Below are positions 28,591 to 38,402 of a stretch of 64,000 nucleotides of DNA, in pieces; positions within the stretch are counted from its first letter, which is position 1, and each line of letters starts with the position of its first letter. Source of the DNA: an uncultured Thermoprotei archaeon. GTDB lineage: Archaea > Thermoproteota > Thermoprotei > Thermofilales > B15-G2. The notes under the pieces were generated by a model. The model saw only the letters and a list, made by a program, of their open reading frames with translations. It searched no databases and was not told the origin of the DNA. The position numbers were made by a program, and so were the translations under genes. The DNA lies in NCBI GenBank assembly GCA_965367815.1, contig CBDUKN010000001.1, positions 64,001 through 128,000 of the forward strand. Reading direction: 5' to 3'.

Positions 28591-30436
28591 AATTTACTGG
28601 AGAATATTTATCGAGAACTTCAGTTAATTCAGGATATTTGACTACTTTTACTCCGTTAGTGAAGTAGTCTGGTAGAAGGTTCAAGTATCTCAAGTAGCGT
28701 TCGTCTCCAGCTATTAGGACTGCTCGGTCTTCACGCGATCTCAGTGCTCTGCCTAGAGCCTGTGAAGCTCTGCGCAGGGCTGGGATTATGTAGGCGTAGT
28801 ACCTGCCTTTGCCTTCCCCGTAGACTTGTGTATAATACTCTATGTATTTCTTTGTTCTAGCGGTCACTCTATCAAAGGGTATTCCGACGAGGAATACTGC
28901 CTCTAGTTCTCGTCCGGGGAAGTCTGCTCCTTCCGCGAACCTGCCTGAGGCAGGGCCTATTAGTACACCGTATTCTCCGCTAGAGGGTAGTTCCTTGAAC
29001 TTGGTGAGTATTTTTCTTGCCTCATCGCCTTTCATGTCTTTTCGCTCAACGAAGACTTTCGCTCCAAGAGTCTTCAGTTCTTCGATTAAGCCATGTTTAA
29101 TCAGTTCTCTTTGAATTCTATAGCTGGCTGTAAAAACAGCTGTATTTACTTTCAGCTTGTCTACAAGCACCTTAACTAAGTTAATGTACCTTAAGCACAT
29201 TTCTTCAGGTAGCTCTTCTCCTCTAGTAGTCACTCCCTTCAAGATAATAGGCAGGACTCTGCGAGGATCGTAGTCTGACGCTATTATTTTGCCCGAGTAT
29301 TTTTCTAAGCCTACTGTTTCGGCGAAAGCATCTATCGGCGCCAGCGTACCTGACATGAGCACTACTCTAGCAAACTGTCTCCACACGCTACCCAGTATTT
29401 CCCTCGATCTCATGTCCCATAGCTCTAATATGATATTGTCTCTATCTCTTGTAGCAATGTACGCGAAGCCTTCTATACCAATTGTCTCGAAAACACTTAG
29501 CCAGAAGTTGGCTAAATGATAGAGTGAGGAATGGGGCCTTTTCTTCATTTTTATTTGCTGTTCTCTTATCTTTTGACCATAAGTTCTCATTTTCTTTAAA
29601 AGAGGCTCTGTTAAAATGTCTTTGAAGTCGCTTGGATCAAATAGCATGTCTTCTTCGTCTTTAAGTAACTTTTTGTACCCAGATACCTTAGTATGCAGCT
29701 TTTTCAGTACTTTGACTATATTAGCTAATCCTCTTTCCTGAGCTTCTCTCGCAGCGTTAACTATAGTGTTGAGTGTTATTTTGTCTGAATAGAGGTTTAA
29801 GTGCTGTAAATTATGGGCTTCGTCTACAACTAGTATCGTATCGCTGAAGGGGACTATGCGTTTAATGCTCCAGCTTATACTCTCCATGAAAATATAGTTG
29901 TAGCTCAGCGACACTACGTCTGCCTCCTCTAAGAGAACATACTGGGCGAAGTAGGGGCACACTCCCAGACGAGAACACTTCTCTAAGACCTCGGTATACA
30001 TCATTGGGTCATTAAATATATCTAGTATAGTGTCTTCTCTTCTAATCAAAGTCAAGTAGTACTTGCATGTTTTCCTGTAGGTTCTGCAGAGAACACTTGC
30101 ATCTTCATGGCTTATAGGCCCGCTGAGCATTTCTCTAGCCAGTAAACACATGTCTCTTTTTCCTCTAAATGAGAGCCCCTTTACGTCAAGGCCATATTTC
30201 TCGACAATTACTTTAAGTTCTTCTATGGGTCTATCTGTCTCGTTTCCTGTTCTAACAGCCCAGAGAACTCTATAGCCTCCTAGTATATACGGCATTAGAG
30301 CTGTTAACACAACAACTGTTTTACCGAAGCCTGTTGGCGCCTGCAGGAGAGCAGCTCTTCTAGCTCTGATTTGTCTTCTAATAAACTCGATTGCTTCTTC
30401 TTGTCCTCTGCGAGGAGTGTAAGGAAAGTATTTAAC
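28589..30436 (-). CDS. XPD/Rad3/DinG-family Fe-S DNA helicase (extended 5' to include the Q motif and Walker A)
   Basis: YFPYTPRRGQ, QAPTGFGKT, Cys cluster ending CPY, VVDEAHNL, MSGTL, EGADFPG, QALGRALR. Confidence 0.9.
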   Translation of the reverse strand, partial: VKYFPYTPRRGQEEAIEFIRRQIRARRAALLQAPTGFGKTVVVLTALMPYILGGYRVLWAVRTGNETDRPIEELKVIVEKYGLDVKGLSFRGKRDMCLLAREMLSGPISHEDASVLCRTYRKTCKYYLTLIRREDTILDIFNDPMMYTEVLEKCSRLGVCPYFAQYVLLEEADVVSLSYNYIFMESISWSIKRIVPFSDTILVVDEAHNLQHLNLYSDKITLNTIVNAAREAQERGLANIVKVLKKLHTKVSGYKKLLKDEEDMLFDPSDFKDILTEPLLKKMRTYGQKIREQQIKMKKRPHSSLYHLANFWLSVFETIGIEGFAYIATRDRDNIILELWDMRSREILGSVWRQFARVVLMSGTLAPIDAFAETVGLEKYSGKIIASDYDPRRVLPIILKGVTTRGEELPEEMCLRYINLVKVLVDKLKVNTAVFTASYRIQRELIKHGLIEELKTLGAKVFVERKDMKGDEARKILTKFKELPSSGEYGVLIGPASGRFAEGADFPGRELEAVFLVGIPFDRVTARTKKYIEYYTQVYGEGKGRYYAYIIPALRRASQALGRALRSREDRAVLIAGDERYLRYLNLLPDYFTNGVKVVKYPELTEVLDKYSPVN

Positions 30437-30528
30437 TGCGGGTCACCGGCTAACTTGTTCTCGAGAAGTATTTATCGTTGAGGATTCTCGAGGAAAAGCA
30501 TTTATCGGGAGACTATTAAATGTGAATT

Positions 30529-30795
30529 ATGATAATCGAGTTAACTGGCAGAAGCGGGCTAGCGCCCCAAGATGTGGCACAGATACTAGGCAAGCTAGGC
30601 GAAGTAATCGAAATCGGATATTCTTCATACGCGGTTATCTCGGAAGGAAAAGTAGTTTTGGTAGTTTCTTGCCAGAGAATAGAAGACGGCTTAACAAACA
30701 TTAAGATATACGTAGAGGAGGCAGAAGTGCTCAAGAAGCTGGTCGAAGTATACGAAGAGCTAGAAGCAGAAATAGATGAAGTTACTGTTCATTAA
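30529..30795 (+). CDS. Small hypothetical protein
   Basis: 88-aa ORF filling the gap between two minus-strand genes, typical composition. Confidence 0.6.
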   Translation: MIIELTGRSGLAPQDVAQILGKLGEVIEIGYSSYAVISEGKVVLVVSCQRIEDGLTNIKIYVEEAEVLKKLVEVYEELEAEIDEVTVH

Positions 30796-31895
30796 ATCAT
30801 TTCTCTTTCTCTAAAGTACTCTATTAGCTCGTCTACTGACTTGAATATTTTTGTAGTGTAGTATTTCAGGAACGGGCTTACGCTGTGTGGGAATATTGCG
30901 TAGACTTCCTTGTTGTGTGTAAATCCGTAGTTTATTTCGCTTAGAACTCCTGCGCTCAAGTATGTTACAGGGTAGTAGACTATGATTATGTCTGACTGGT
31001 TTATCAGCTTGTAGTCTCTCGCTACAACTTGGTCTACTATATCTTCTTTAGCGTCCTCTATTTCTCTTAAAGGTATTTTGAACTCTTTTCCTTCTACTTC
31101 AAAAACTACTTCTTTTTTTCCTTCTCTAGCAGCTGCTTCAGCTGCTCCTATTATATCCATTTCTTCTACACTTATGGGGTCGAAAACAATTATGCCTGAT
31201 TCTCTGAGCTTTTCTTTAACTTCGTTTTTCTCTTTAATAAACTCGTCTCTGCTTTTAACATATGTAATAGGATAGCTTAAGTAAGCTTTAATCGCTGGCT
31301 TTTCTCCACGTTTTTTCTTTTTTTCGACATTATATATAATGTTGTAGAGTACATCGGGGGGTTCTGAGTAGGCAATAATGTAGTGTGGTTTCTGCTGGTA
31401 CTGTGCAAGCATTTCACTTATGAAGACTTCTTCGTCTCTCCAAATTAATATATCTTTAAGAGTAAGTCTGCCTCGCCAGTGAGGATTTGATTCGAGGCGA
31501 GCTTTAATGTAGTGAACGTTGTCTATGATTGTCACGTAGACATCGGGGTTCAGTTGATTTAAATAGTAGAAATTGAATCCTGGAACAAGGTGTTTCTTCC
31601 ACCTGAAGCATGTGTGAGTACTTATTATTAGGTCTTTGTCTTTCTCACTGTAACTCTCGAATTCTTTTTTCTCTTTCAATAGCTCTTCAAAAATAGCTGC
31701 TCTCAAGTAGTTTAATGCAAAGGGGTCGAGGTCTAGTATTTTTCCTTCAGGGATCTCTATACCTAGTTGCCTCGATTTCTCGAACATCATTGAGCCTATG
31801 TCTCTTACTTCAAGCTTGTCTCCCGCTAATTTCTGTACTCTTTTTATGTAATCCAGTCTTCCGCTACCACTTATTGCTGTAACGAATATTATCAA
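30792..31895 (-). CDS. Archaeal adenylate-kinase-like P-loop domain fused to a nucleoside 2-deoxyribosyltransferase-like domain
   Basis: N-term FVTAISGSGR, IISTH, WRDEE; C-term AYLSYPIT, FDP, RDYKLINQSDIII, SAGVLSE. Confidence 0.7.
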   Translation of the reverse strand: MIIFVTAISGSGRLDYIKRVQKLAGDKLEVRDIGSMMFEKSRQLGIEIPEGKILDLDPFALNYLRAAIFEELLKEKKEFESYSEKDKDLIISTHTCFRWKKHLVPGFNFYYLNQLNPDVYVTIIDNVHYIKARLESNPHWRGRLTLKDILIWRDEEVFISEMLAQYQQKPHYIIAYSEPPDVLYNIIYNVEKKKKRGEKPAIKAYLSYPITYVKSRDEFIKEKNEVKEKLRESGIIVFDPISVEEMDIIGAAEAAAREGKKEVVFEVEGKEFKIPLREIEDAKEDIVDQVVARDYKLINQSDIIIVYYPVTYLSAGVLSEINYGFTHNKEVYAIFPHSVSPFLKYYTTKIFKSVDELIEYFREREMI

Positions 31896-32053
31896 ATTGC
31901 TTCACCTCACTAGCCTATTCTATTTAACTTAATAAGCCTTTTGAAGGAGAGCAGTTTCGGTAATCTCTTGCACAGAGTATTAGTAGCAAGATATTCTGAT
32001 AATACTGGGTAAGTTAAACGTAACCCAATATTAAATATTTGAGGAAACTATGA

Positions 32054-32317
32054 GTGATGCCTATGAACAAAGGCAAAGTCTACCTATTTGTAGAGAAGAA
32101 CAATAGTGAGTGCGAGAAGGCTGTTGTGCTTTTAGAGTCTCTAGGTATACCTTTTGTCAAAGTAGATGTAGACGAGAATGGTGTTCGCGGCTGGATGATA
32201 TTAGAGTTTGGGTCAAATAAAACTCCTCTAGTGGCTACAGAAGAAGCCATACTTGTAGGACTTAAACAGATAGAAGAATACTTTAAAGCAAAAAACAGAG
32301 CTTCTGCAGGCGAATAA
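32054..32317 (+). CDS. Glutaredoxin-like protein without CxxC
   Basis: SECEKAVVLLESLGIPF..VDV, KTPLV, GLKQI thioredoxin-fold pattern. Confidence 0.65.
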   Translation: MMPMNKGKVYLFVEKNNSECEKAVVLLESLGIPFVKVDVDENGVRGWMILEFGSNKTPLVATEEAILVGLKQIEEYFKAKNRASAGE

Positions 32318-32352
32318 CAGTCTTAAATAGTGCTTCCGTAAGTATAGATATT

Positions 32353-33387
32353 GTGAAGTTTAAGGTTAGAGCGGTTACTCTCGCTATACCTGAGCTGAAT
32401 GAAAGTTTTATAGAATTAGCAAGAAAAGTAAAGGAAACGGAAGTAAGAACTGAGATCTGGAGCTATAGAATTGCCTTAGCTCCAACTAAGTGTTCTTTAA
32501 AGCTTCTCGACAGAGCTTCTGCTTTCGTCGAGGAAGCGGACTTCGATTATTTTTCTGTGCCTTTGTCAGCTGAAGGGAATTTAGCTGAAATATGTGAAAG
32601 TCTGTCTTCGTATGAAAATCTTTTCGCGAGTTTCAATGTCCCTGAACTAGAGTTAAGTCGAATTCCGTGTCTAGCCGAGAAGTACTATCAAGCCTTGAAT
32701 TCTCTAAGGAAGAGAGGCGATTATCTTACTCAGTGTAGAATAGCTCTTGTCGTTAAAGGTCCTATTGAAACACCTTATTTTCCGGCTGCAGCCTGTGTTT
32801 CAGGGAAGCCCTTTTTAACGGGGGCTCTTCTCTACGCCAAGTATCTTTACTCAAAGGGGAATATTATTGAAAAAATAAGAGATGCTGGAAGAACTTGCTT
32901 AAAAGTTCTCACAGAAATCTCCTGTAAAGCAGGGATTGAGGTTAAGGGAGTAGATCTATCTATTTCACCTTGGATGGAGGAGTCTGTTGTTCCTTTAATT
33001 ACTTCAGGAAAGAGAAGTATTTCTCTCTACCGAATACTTGTTTTGAATAAGGCTATTGAAAGAGCTTCAGCTGAGCTAAAGTCTTGTGGATTTAACGAGA
33101 TTATGCTCCCTTTAGCTGAAGACAATGAGTTAAAAAGGCTTGCAGCTGAGGGGGCTCTGAGGGCAAGAGACTTCATTAGGTTCTCTGTAGCATGTGTAGC
33201 TGGAGTAGACATGGTGCTTCTTCCCAATGCTCCTAGAGAAAAGTTCCTCGAGTACATTGAAGAGTGTCTTGCTGTAGCTTTCATTAAAAACAAGCCTATA
33301 GGCTTTCGCTTAATCTACACTGATGCTGAGCCCGGCGAATTTATTGAATTAGGAAAATTTTCTAGTACGCCTGTAATAGACTTCTAG
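32353..33387 (+). CDS. DUF711 family protein
   Basis: ETPYFPAA, GVDLSISPW, GFNEIMLPLAED, CVAGVDMV. Confidence 0.8.
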   Translation: MKFKVRAVTLAIPELNESFIELARKVKETEVRTEIWSYRIALAPTKCSLKLLDRASAFVEEADFDYFSVPLSAEGNLAEICESLSSYENLFASFNVPELELSRIPCLAEKYYQALNSLRKRGDYLTQCRIALVVKGPIETPYFPAAACVSGKPFLTGALLYAKYLYSKGNIIEKIRDAGRTCLKVLTEISCKAGIEVKGVDLSISPWMEESVVPLITSGKRSISLYRILVLNKAIERASAELKSCGFNEIMLPLAEDNELKRLAAEGALRARDFIRFSVACVAGVDMVLLPNAPREKFLEYIEECLAVAFIKNKPIGFRLIYTDAEPGEFIELGKFSSTPVIDF

Positions 33388-33441
33388 TTTTCAATGAATT
33401 TACGATAGTTTTAAATTACATTACGCTTACTCACACACAAT

Positions 33442-34413
33442 ATGAGGACAGTAGTCACGGGTGGTGCAGGTTTCATTGGAAGCTGGCTCGTAGATAAGCT
33501 TATCGAGGAAGGACATGAAGTAATAGTAGTAGATAATCTCAGCAGCGGTAAAGTAGAGAACTTAAGTAGGCACTTAAATAATTCTCGCTTTAAGCTAATT
33601 AAAGCAGATTTAAAGACTTTAACCGACTGGAGTTTTATGAAAGATTCTGAAGTAGTCTTCCACTTGGCTGCAAATCCCGAAGTAAGAGTATCCTCTATAA
33701 ATCCTAGAATACACTTTGAGGAAAATGTCTTAGCTACGTTTAATGTCCTTGAAGCAGCTCGATTAAACGATATACCCTACTTCATTTTCACGAGCTCGAG
33801 CACAGTTTACGGAGAAGCCAAAATTATGCCTACTCCTGAAGACTATCATCCACTTGAACCTATCTCGGTATATGGTGCGAGTAAACTTGCCTGCGAGAAT
33901 TTCATTGTGACTTATTCTAAGCTCTATGGAATTAAAGGAGTAATCTACAGACTAGCCAATATTGTGGGAGGAAGATCTACTCATGGAGTAATATGGGATT
34001 TTATACATAAGCTCAAAAAGAACCCCTCATGTCTAGAAATACTCGGTGACGGGACTCAGCAAAAAAGCTATCTCCATGTATCAGACTGTGTTGAAGCCAT
34101 GCTCTATCTCTTCAATAAAGTAAAAGACCCTATCAAAGACTACGAGGTATTTAATGTGGGAAACGAGGACTGGGTTAAAGTAATAGAGATAGCCGATATT
34201 GTTGTAGAGGAAATGGGCCTCAAAAACGTGAAATACGTGTTTAAGCCGATGACTTCCGATGGAAGAGGATGGCCCGGCGACGTCAAGTTAATGCTACTTG
34301 ATATAAGTAAAGCTAAGAAGTATGGCTGGAAGCCTAAGCTAAGCTCGAGAGACGCTGTCAGAAGAGCCGCAAGAGAAATTCTCGAGTATTTATCTAAGGG
34401 ACAGAAGCTATGA
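33442..34413 (+). CDS. NAD-dependent epimerase/dehydratase (UDP-glucose 4-epimerase-like)
   Basis: TGGAGFIG, SSSTVYG, YGASK. Confidence 0.9.
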   Translation: MRTVVTGGAGFIGSWLVDKLIEEGHEVIVVDNLSSGKVENLSRHLNNSRFKLIKADLKTLTDWSFMKDSEVVFHLAANPEVRVSSINPRIHFEENVLATFNVLEAARLNDIPYFIFTSSSTVYGEAKIMPTPEDYHPLEPISVYGASKLACENFIVTYSKLYGIKGVIYRLANIVGGRSTHGVIWDFIHKLKKNPSCLEILGDGTQQKSYLHVSDCVEAMLYLFNKVKDPIKDYEVFNVGNEDWVKVIEIADIVVEEMGLKNVKYVFKPMTSDGRGWPGDVKLMLLDISKAKKYGWKPKLSSRDAVRRAAREILEYLSKGQKL

Positions 34414-35021
34414 CCTACAGTATTCTAGTAGCAGACCCTGTCAACAGGCTTCTCGGAATAATAACTGTCTCCGGCAGTATCGCTGTGGGAAGCAGAGTTC
34501 CTTACATAAAGTACCCTTACTGCGCGGTAGCATCTCAGGCGTTAACTAATCCTTCCTTAGGGCCGATCATAGGAGAACTCATTAGTAGAGGAAGTACAGC
34601 TGAGCAGGCTCTGAATCTAGCTATCAAGAAAGATAGCTATCCTCAACACAGACAAGTAGCAGTAATTACTCTTGGCTTAGACAAGGCAGCGTACACTGGC
34701 TCTGAGGCTCCTCAGTTTCGTGGAGAATATTTGGGAGAAGACTTTGCTGTCATAGGAAACTATGTGCGCAAAGGAGTAGTAGAAGAGGCGGCAGACGCTA
34801 TGAGGAGAAATAGAAAACTCAATATGCTTGATAGACTCATAGAAGCAGCTCGGAGAGCTCATGAAGTGGGAGGAGACATGAGAGGTGACAGGAGTGCTGC
34901 ACTAATTATTTGCGGCGAAACAGAGTATTCGCCTTACTACAATAAGCTACTTGATCTAAGAGTAGATTTTTCGAGAAACCCTGTAGAAGAACTCATTAAA
35001 ATAGTCAATATGCTAAAATAG
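34410..35021 (+). CDS. DUF1028 Ntn-hydrolase family protein
   Basis: MTYSI start, AVGSRVP, RQVAV, GGDMRGDRSAAL, DLRVD. Confidence 0.85.
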   Translation: MTYSILVADPVNRLLGIITVSGSIAVGSRVPYIKYPYCAVASQALTNPSLGPIIGELISRGSTAEQALNLAIKKDSYPQHRQVAVITLGLDKAAYTGSEAPQFRGEYLGEDFAVIGNYVRKGVVEEAADAMRRNRKLNMLDRLIEAARRAHEVGGDMRGDRSAALIICGETEYSPYYNKLLDLRVDFSRNPVEELIKIVNMLK

Positions 35022-35072
35022 TTTGTGATTTCTGCAAGGGAAATGTTAAAAGTAGTAGTTTCGAAGTAAAGA

Positions 35073-35837
35073 GTGATGTTAATAGACCTAAAAGTAGCTA
35101 AAGTCGGGTCTCTCGTATTGGAAGTCGAAGACGAAGAGCTTGCTCACTTTCTTTCATCTAAAGCTCCTTCCTCTGTAATCAATGTCTGGAAAGAAGAGAT
35201 ATACTTCAATATACCTTTTTCTAAAGAGTTTGCAGAAACTGTAGCTTATGTACATAAGGGAGACGTAGCTTACTGGGAGCCAGGCCCGGCTCTCTGTGTT
35301 TTCTTCGGCTACAGTCAGCCCTATACTCCTGTGGCAGTTGTGGGCCACAGTATTTCTCCTATTCACCACTACTACTGGGTAGAAGACAGAGCAGAAGTAC
35401 AGGTATCTGCTCACAAAGAAGTTTTTAAAGAAGACTACGAGGGTATAAAAGAAGTACTTCGGAAAGCTGGGTACACGGCAGCAGTAGCAGACATGGAGGG
35501 AGGATACCCTGTAGTAGTTGCGTGTAAGTATATTGAAGGGAGAAGGATAAGCCTAGAGCTAGATGTAGAGGACTACGGATACTATATTGAAACAGAGCCT
35601 CTCTACAAGTATTCTCGAACAGCATTTCACGTAGTAATAACAGAAAACCTTACAAGAAGACTTTCTCCCTTCAAGTACTCTAGAGTAGACTTAAACGAAG
35701 ACGGATACCTCTGCGTATCAGCCTGCTGCACTAGGGAAAAAGAGTTAAAAAGTGCCATAAGAGAACTCGAAGAAAAGTATTTGAAAGCACTAGATTTCAT
35801 AGAGTCACTCTATTCTGTTCCAATGATTGAACTGTAA
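35073..35837 (+). CDS. Cyclophilin-like (DUF369) domain plus C-terminal YbjN-like domain
   Basis: WKEEIYF, GDVAYWEPGPALCVFFG; C-terminal domain assignment is tentative. Confidence 0.65.
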   Translation: MMLIDLKVAKVGSLVLEVEDEELAHFLSSKAPSSVINVWKEEIYFNIPFSKEFAETVAYVHKGDVAYWEPGPALCVFFGYSQPYTPVAVVGHSISPIHHYYWVEDRAEVQVSAHKEVFKEDYEGIKEVLRKAGYTAAVADMEGGYPVVVACKYIEGRRISLELDVEDYGYYIETEPLYKYSRTAFHVVITENLTRRLSPFKYSRVDLNEDGYLCVSACCTREKELKSAIRELEEKYLKALDFIESLYSVPMIEL

Positions 35838-35875
35838 CGCTATGTTTAAATTAAATTAAAATTACTTAAAAAACG

Positions 35876-36292
35876 ATGCCAGAAGATATTGAGCTAGAGA
35901 AAATAAAGTTGAAAAAACTAGCTAGGCTGCTGGGAGGAGGAAAAGAGAAGCCTCGAAGTGAAGTCATTGAAGTAGAGAGCTACGAGGAGTTTAAAGAACT
36001 TTTAGCGAAGTCGGCTAGTGAAGGCAAGTTGCTCGTAGTAGATTTCTGGGCTCCCTGGTGTCCTCCCTGCATAATGATGGCGCCTATCTTCAAAGAAGTA
36101 GCTAAAGAGCTTTCAGACAAAGTTCTCTTCGCTAAAGTAAATGTAGATAAAGTAAAGGAAGCTGCCCTAGACTACGGTATAACGGCAATACCTACTCTCA
36201 TGGCATTTAAAGGAGGAAAGCCTGTAAGCATGCGCGTAGGCTTCGCGCCTAAACCTGCTTTAAAGTCTTGGGTAGAGAGCCTAGTTAGATAA
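35876..36292 (+). CDS. trxA: Thioredoxin
   Basis: VDFWAPWCPPC, AKVNVD, AIPTL. Confidence 0.92.
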   Translation: MPEDIELEKIKLKKLARLLGGGKEKPRSEVIEVESYEEFKELLAKSASEGKLLVVDFWAPWCPPCIMMAPIFKEVAKELSDKVLFAKVNVDKVKEAALDYGITAIPTLMAFKGGKPVSMRVGFAPKPALKSWVESLVR

Positions 36293-37046
36293 GTTCTTCT
36301 GGTATAGAGTCCGGCCTGAAGCTCACTTTAGGCTTTATGCCCGCTTTTCTCAGACGCTCCATTACGTGAGGGTACTCAAAAACATATTCCTCCTCGAATT
36401 CCTCTACTAGTACTCTGTCTATTTCTTCTAGTCTTTGAATTAGGTACTTCAAACTCTCTTTAGTGCTGAAAGAAAGCATTACAGCAGGATGGCATTCAAC
36501 ACCGTAATCGAGAAGGTTTTTTAGTGCCTGGAGCTGGTACTCGAAGGACTTTGGTGTAGCGCCGGTAAGCATAGAGAATTCTTGGGGAGTACAGCCCTTA
36601 ATAGATACTCTCACGTGTACACATGTAAACTTAGAGAGATCTCGGGCATAAGACTTGTCATATCCTATGAGTATTCCATTAGTTTCCAGTATAAACAGGT
36701 ATTTTCCTGACTCTTCTACAAGCTCCAGCAGTTTAGTTAAATGTTCTCGGCCGATAGTTGGCTCGTTACCGCTTACTCTCAGCTGACGGTATCCTCTCCT
36801 CGAGGCACATTTATCGAGCTTCATGAAAATGTACTCAGGCGAATAAAACTTGCCTATTTTGTCTGGATGGTCTCGTGGTGCTCCGCTCCAGCAGAAAACA
36901 CATTTGAGGTTGCAGCCAACGCAGTCAGCTGTAGCTATTCCTCCATACCAGCGTCCTCCTCTAGCTACACGGTAGTATTTTCTAAGAGAATTCTTTGTTA
37001 CTATTCTCTTGAGAGCTTCAGCGTATTTTACGGGATCATAGGGCAT
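36285..37046 (-). CDS. Radical SAM protein
   Basis: CNLKCVFC (CxxxCxxC), SGNEP, ETNG. Confidence 0.88.
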   Translation of the reverse strand: MPYDPVKYAEALKRIVTKNSLRKYYRVARGGRWYGGIATADCVGCNLKCVFCWSGAPRDHPDKIGKFYSPEYIFMKLDKCASRRGYRQLRVSGNEPTIGREHLTKLLELVEESGKYLFILETNGILIGYDKSYARDLSKFTCVHVRVSIKGCTPQEFSMLTGATPKSFEYQLQALKNLLDYGVECHPAVMLSFSTKESLKYLIQRLEEIDRVLVEEFEEEYVFEYPHVMERLRKAGIKPKVSFRPDSIPEELI

Positions 37047-37177
37047 TTTCTCAACTATGATTAGACTCTACTTTTTCATATTCTTTCTCCTCGAAATAGG
37101 AGTACTGCGCTAAGCTTGCGAAAATGGCCTTTATTTGGCTAAATTTAATTACTGTTGCTAGACTATTTTCTGTGATT

Positions 37178-38362
37178 ATGAGAGAAGAATTTCCTGTACT
37201 CAAGAAAACTGTCTACTTGAATACTGCGGGCTACGGCCTTGTTCCACAAAGAGCTATAAAGAAGGTAGTGAGCACTGCTCAGCGTTTACTAGAGGAAGGG
37301 CCTTGGAATTCTTCCTTCGAGGAAAAAGTTTTAGATGAGGCTAGGAGAGAGGCCGCAAAAATCATAGGTGCTGAAGCAGAAGAAGTATTTTTTACCACGT
37401 CTACTACGACGGGTTTAAGTAAAGTCATAGCAATGGTTGGATTCAAGAAGGGGGATAATGTAGTTAGCTTCGACTTAGAGTTTCCTGGTGTTGCATCAGT
37501 AGTAAAGACATACTGTAGTAAAGTTGGCTGCGAAGTACGTATAGTAAGACATAGAAATGGCTTCTATGCGGTAGAAGATATTGAGAAGGCTGTTGATGAG
37601 AAAACAAAAGCTATTGTAGCTAGCAGTGTTCAGTGGGTTAATGGTTTAGTCATGCCACTCAAAGAAATGCGCGAAATAGCGGATAGAGTAGGTGCCTACT
37701 TGATTTTAGACTCAATACAGCATATAGGTGCAGTCAAGTTCAATGTAAATGAAATAAAGCCAGATTTCGCTGTAGCTGGTGGAGAAAAGTGGCTTCTTTC
37801 TACATGGTTTGGAGTTGGTCTAGTTTATGTTAGAAAAGAGCTTTTGAGCGAACTCGAGTCTCCTCCTTATGGCTTACATAACATGGAGGAGCCTGCCGAG
37901 ACATGGTCTCAGTACTGGTTCAATCCAGATAAAGACTGCTGGAAATTACTCGAGCTGAAGAAAACTGCAGCCAGGTTCGAGTGGGCCGGAACTCCACCGA
38001 TACTTGGTGTACTTGGTTTTACGGAGTCATTGAAGCTTTTAAATGAAATAGGAATAAACAAAATACATTATCACAATTTGTCGCTTAAAGAAAAGCTTAT
38101 AGATATAATAATTGAGCTAAATGGAGAGATAGTGACCTTTACTGAAAATAAAGAAAAGTGGTCTAGTATAACTACATTTAAATTAAGGAACATTAGTTTA
38201 AAAGAACACTATAACATAGTAGCTGAATTAAAGAAAAGAAACATTATTGTCGCAGCTAGAGGGGCTGGGGGACTAGGCGGTATAAGAGTATCACCGCATT
38301 TATACAATACAGTAGACGACTTAGAGAAGCTATTTGAAGTTATTAAAGAACTTATTAAGTAA
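37178..38362 (+). CDS. Class V PLP-dependent aminotransferase / cysteine desulfurase-like
   Basis: YLNTAG, LDSIQHIG, GGEKWL (PLP Lys), IRVSPHLYNT. Confidence 0.88.
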   Translation: MREEFPVLKKTVYLNTAGYGLVPQRAIKKVVSTAQRLLEEGPWNSSFEEKVLDEARREAAKIIGAEAEEVFFTTSTTTGLSKVIAMVGFKKGDNVVSFDLEFPGVASVVKTYCSKVGCEVRIVRHRNGFYAVEDIEKAVDEKTKAIVASSVQWVNGLVMPLKEMREIADRVGAYLILDSIQHIGAVKFNVNEIKPDFAVAGGEKWLLSTWFGVGLVYVRKELLSELESPPYGLHNMEEPAETWSQYWFNPDKDCWKLLELKKTAARFEWAGTPPILGVLGFTESLKLLNEIGINKIHYHNLSLKEKLIDIIIELNGEIVTFTENKEKWSSITTFKLRNISLKEHYNIVAELKKRNIIVAARGAGGLGGIRVSPHLYNTVDDLEKLFEVIKELIK

Positions 38363-38402
38363 TGATACTTAGTTTTTTATTCCATGGAGCGGACATGTAG
38401 AC

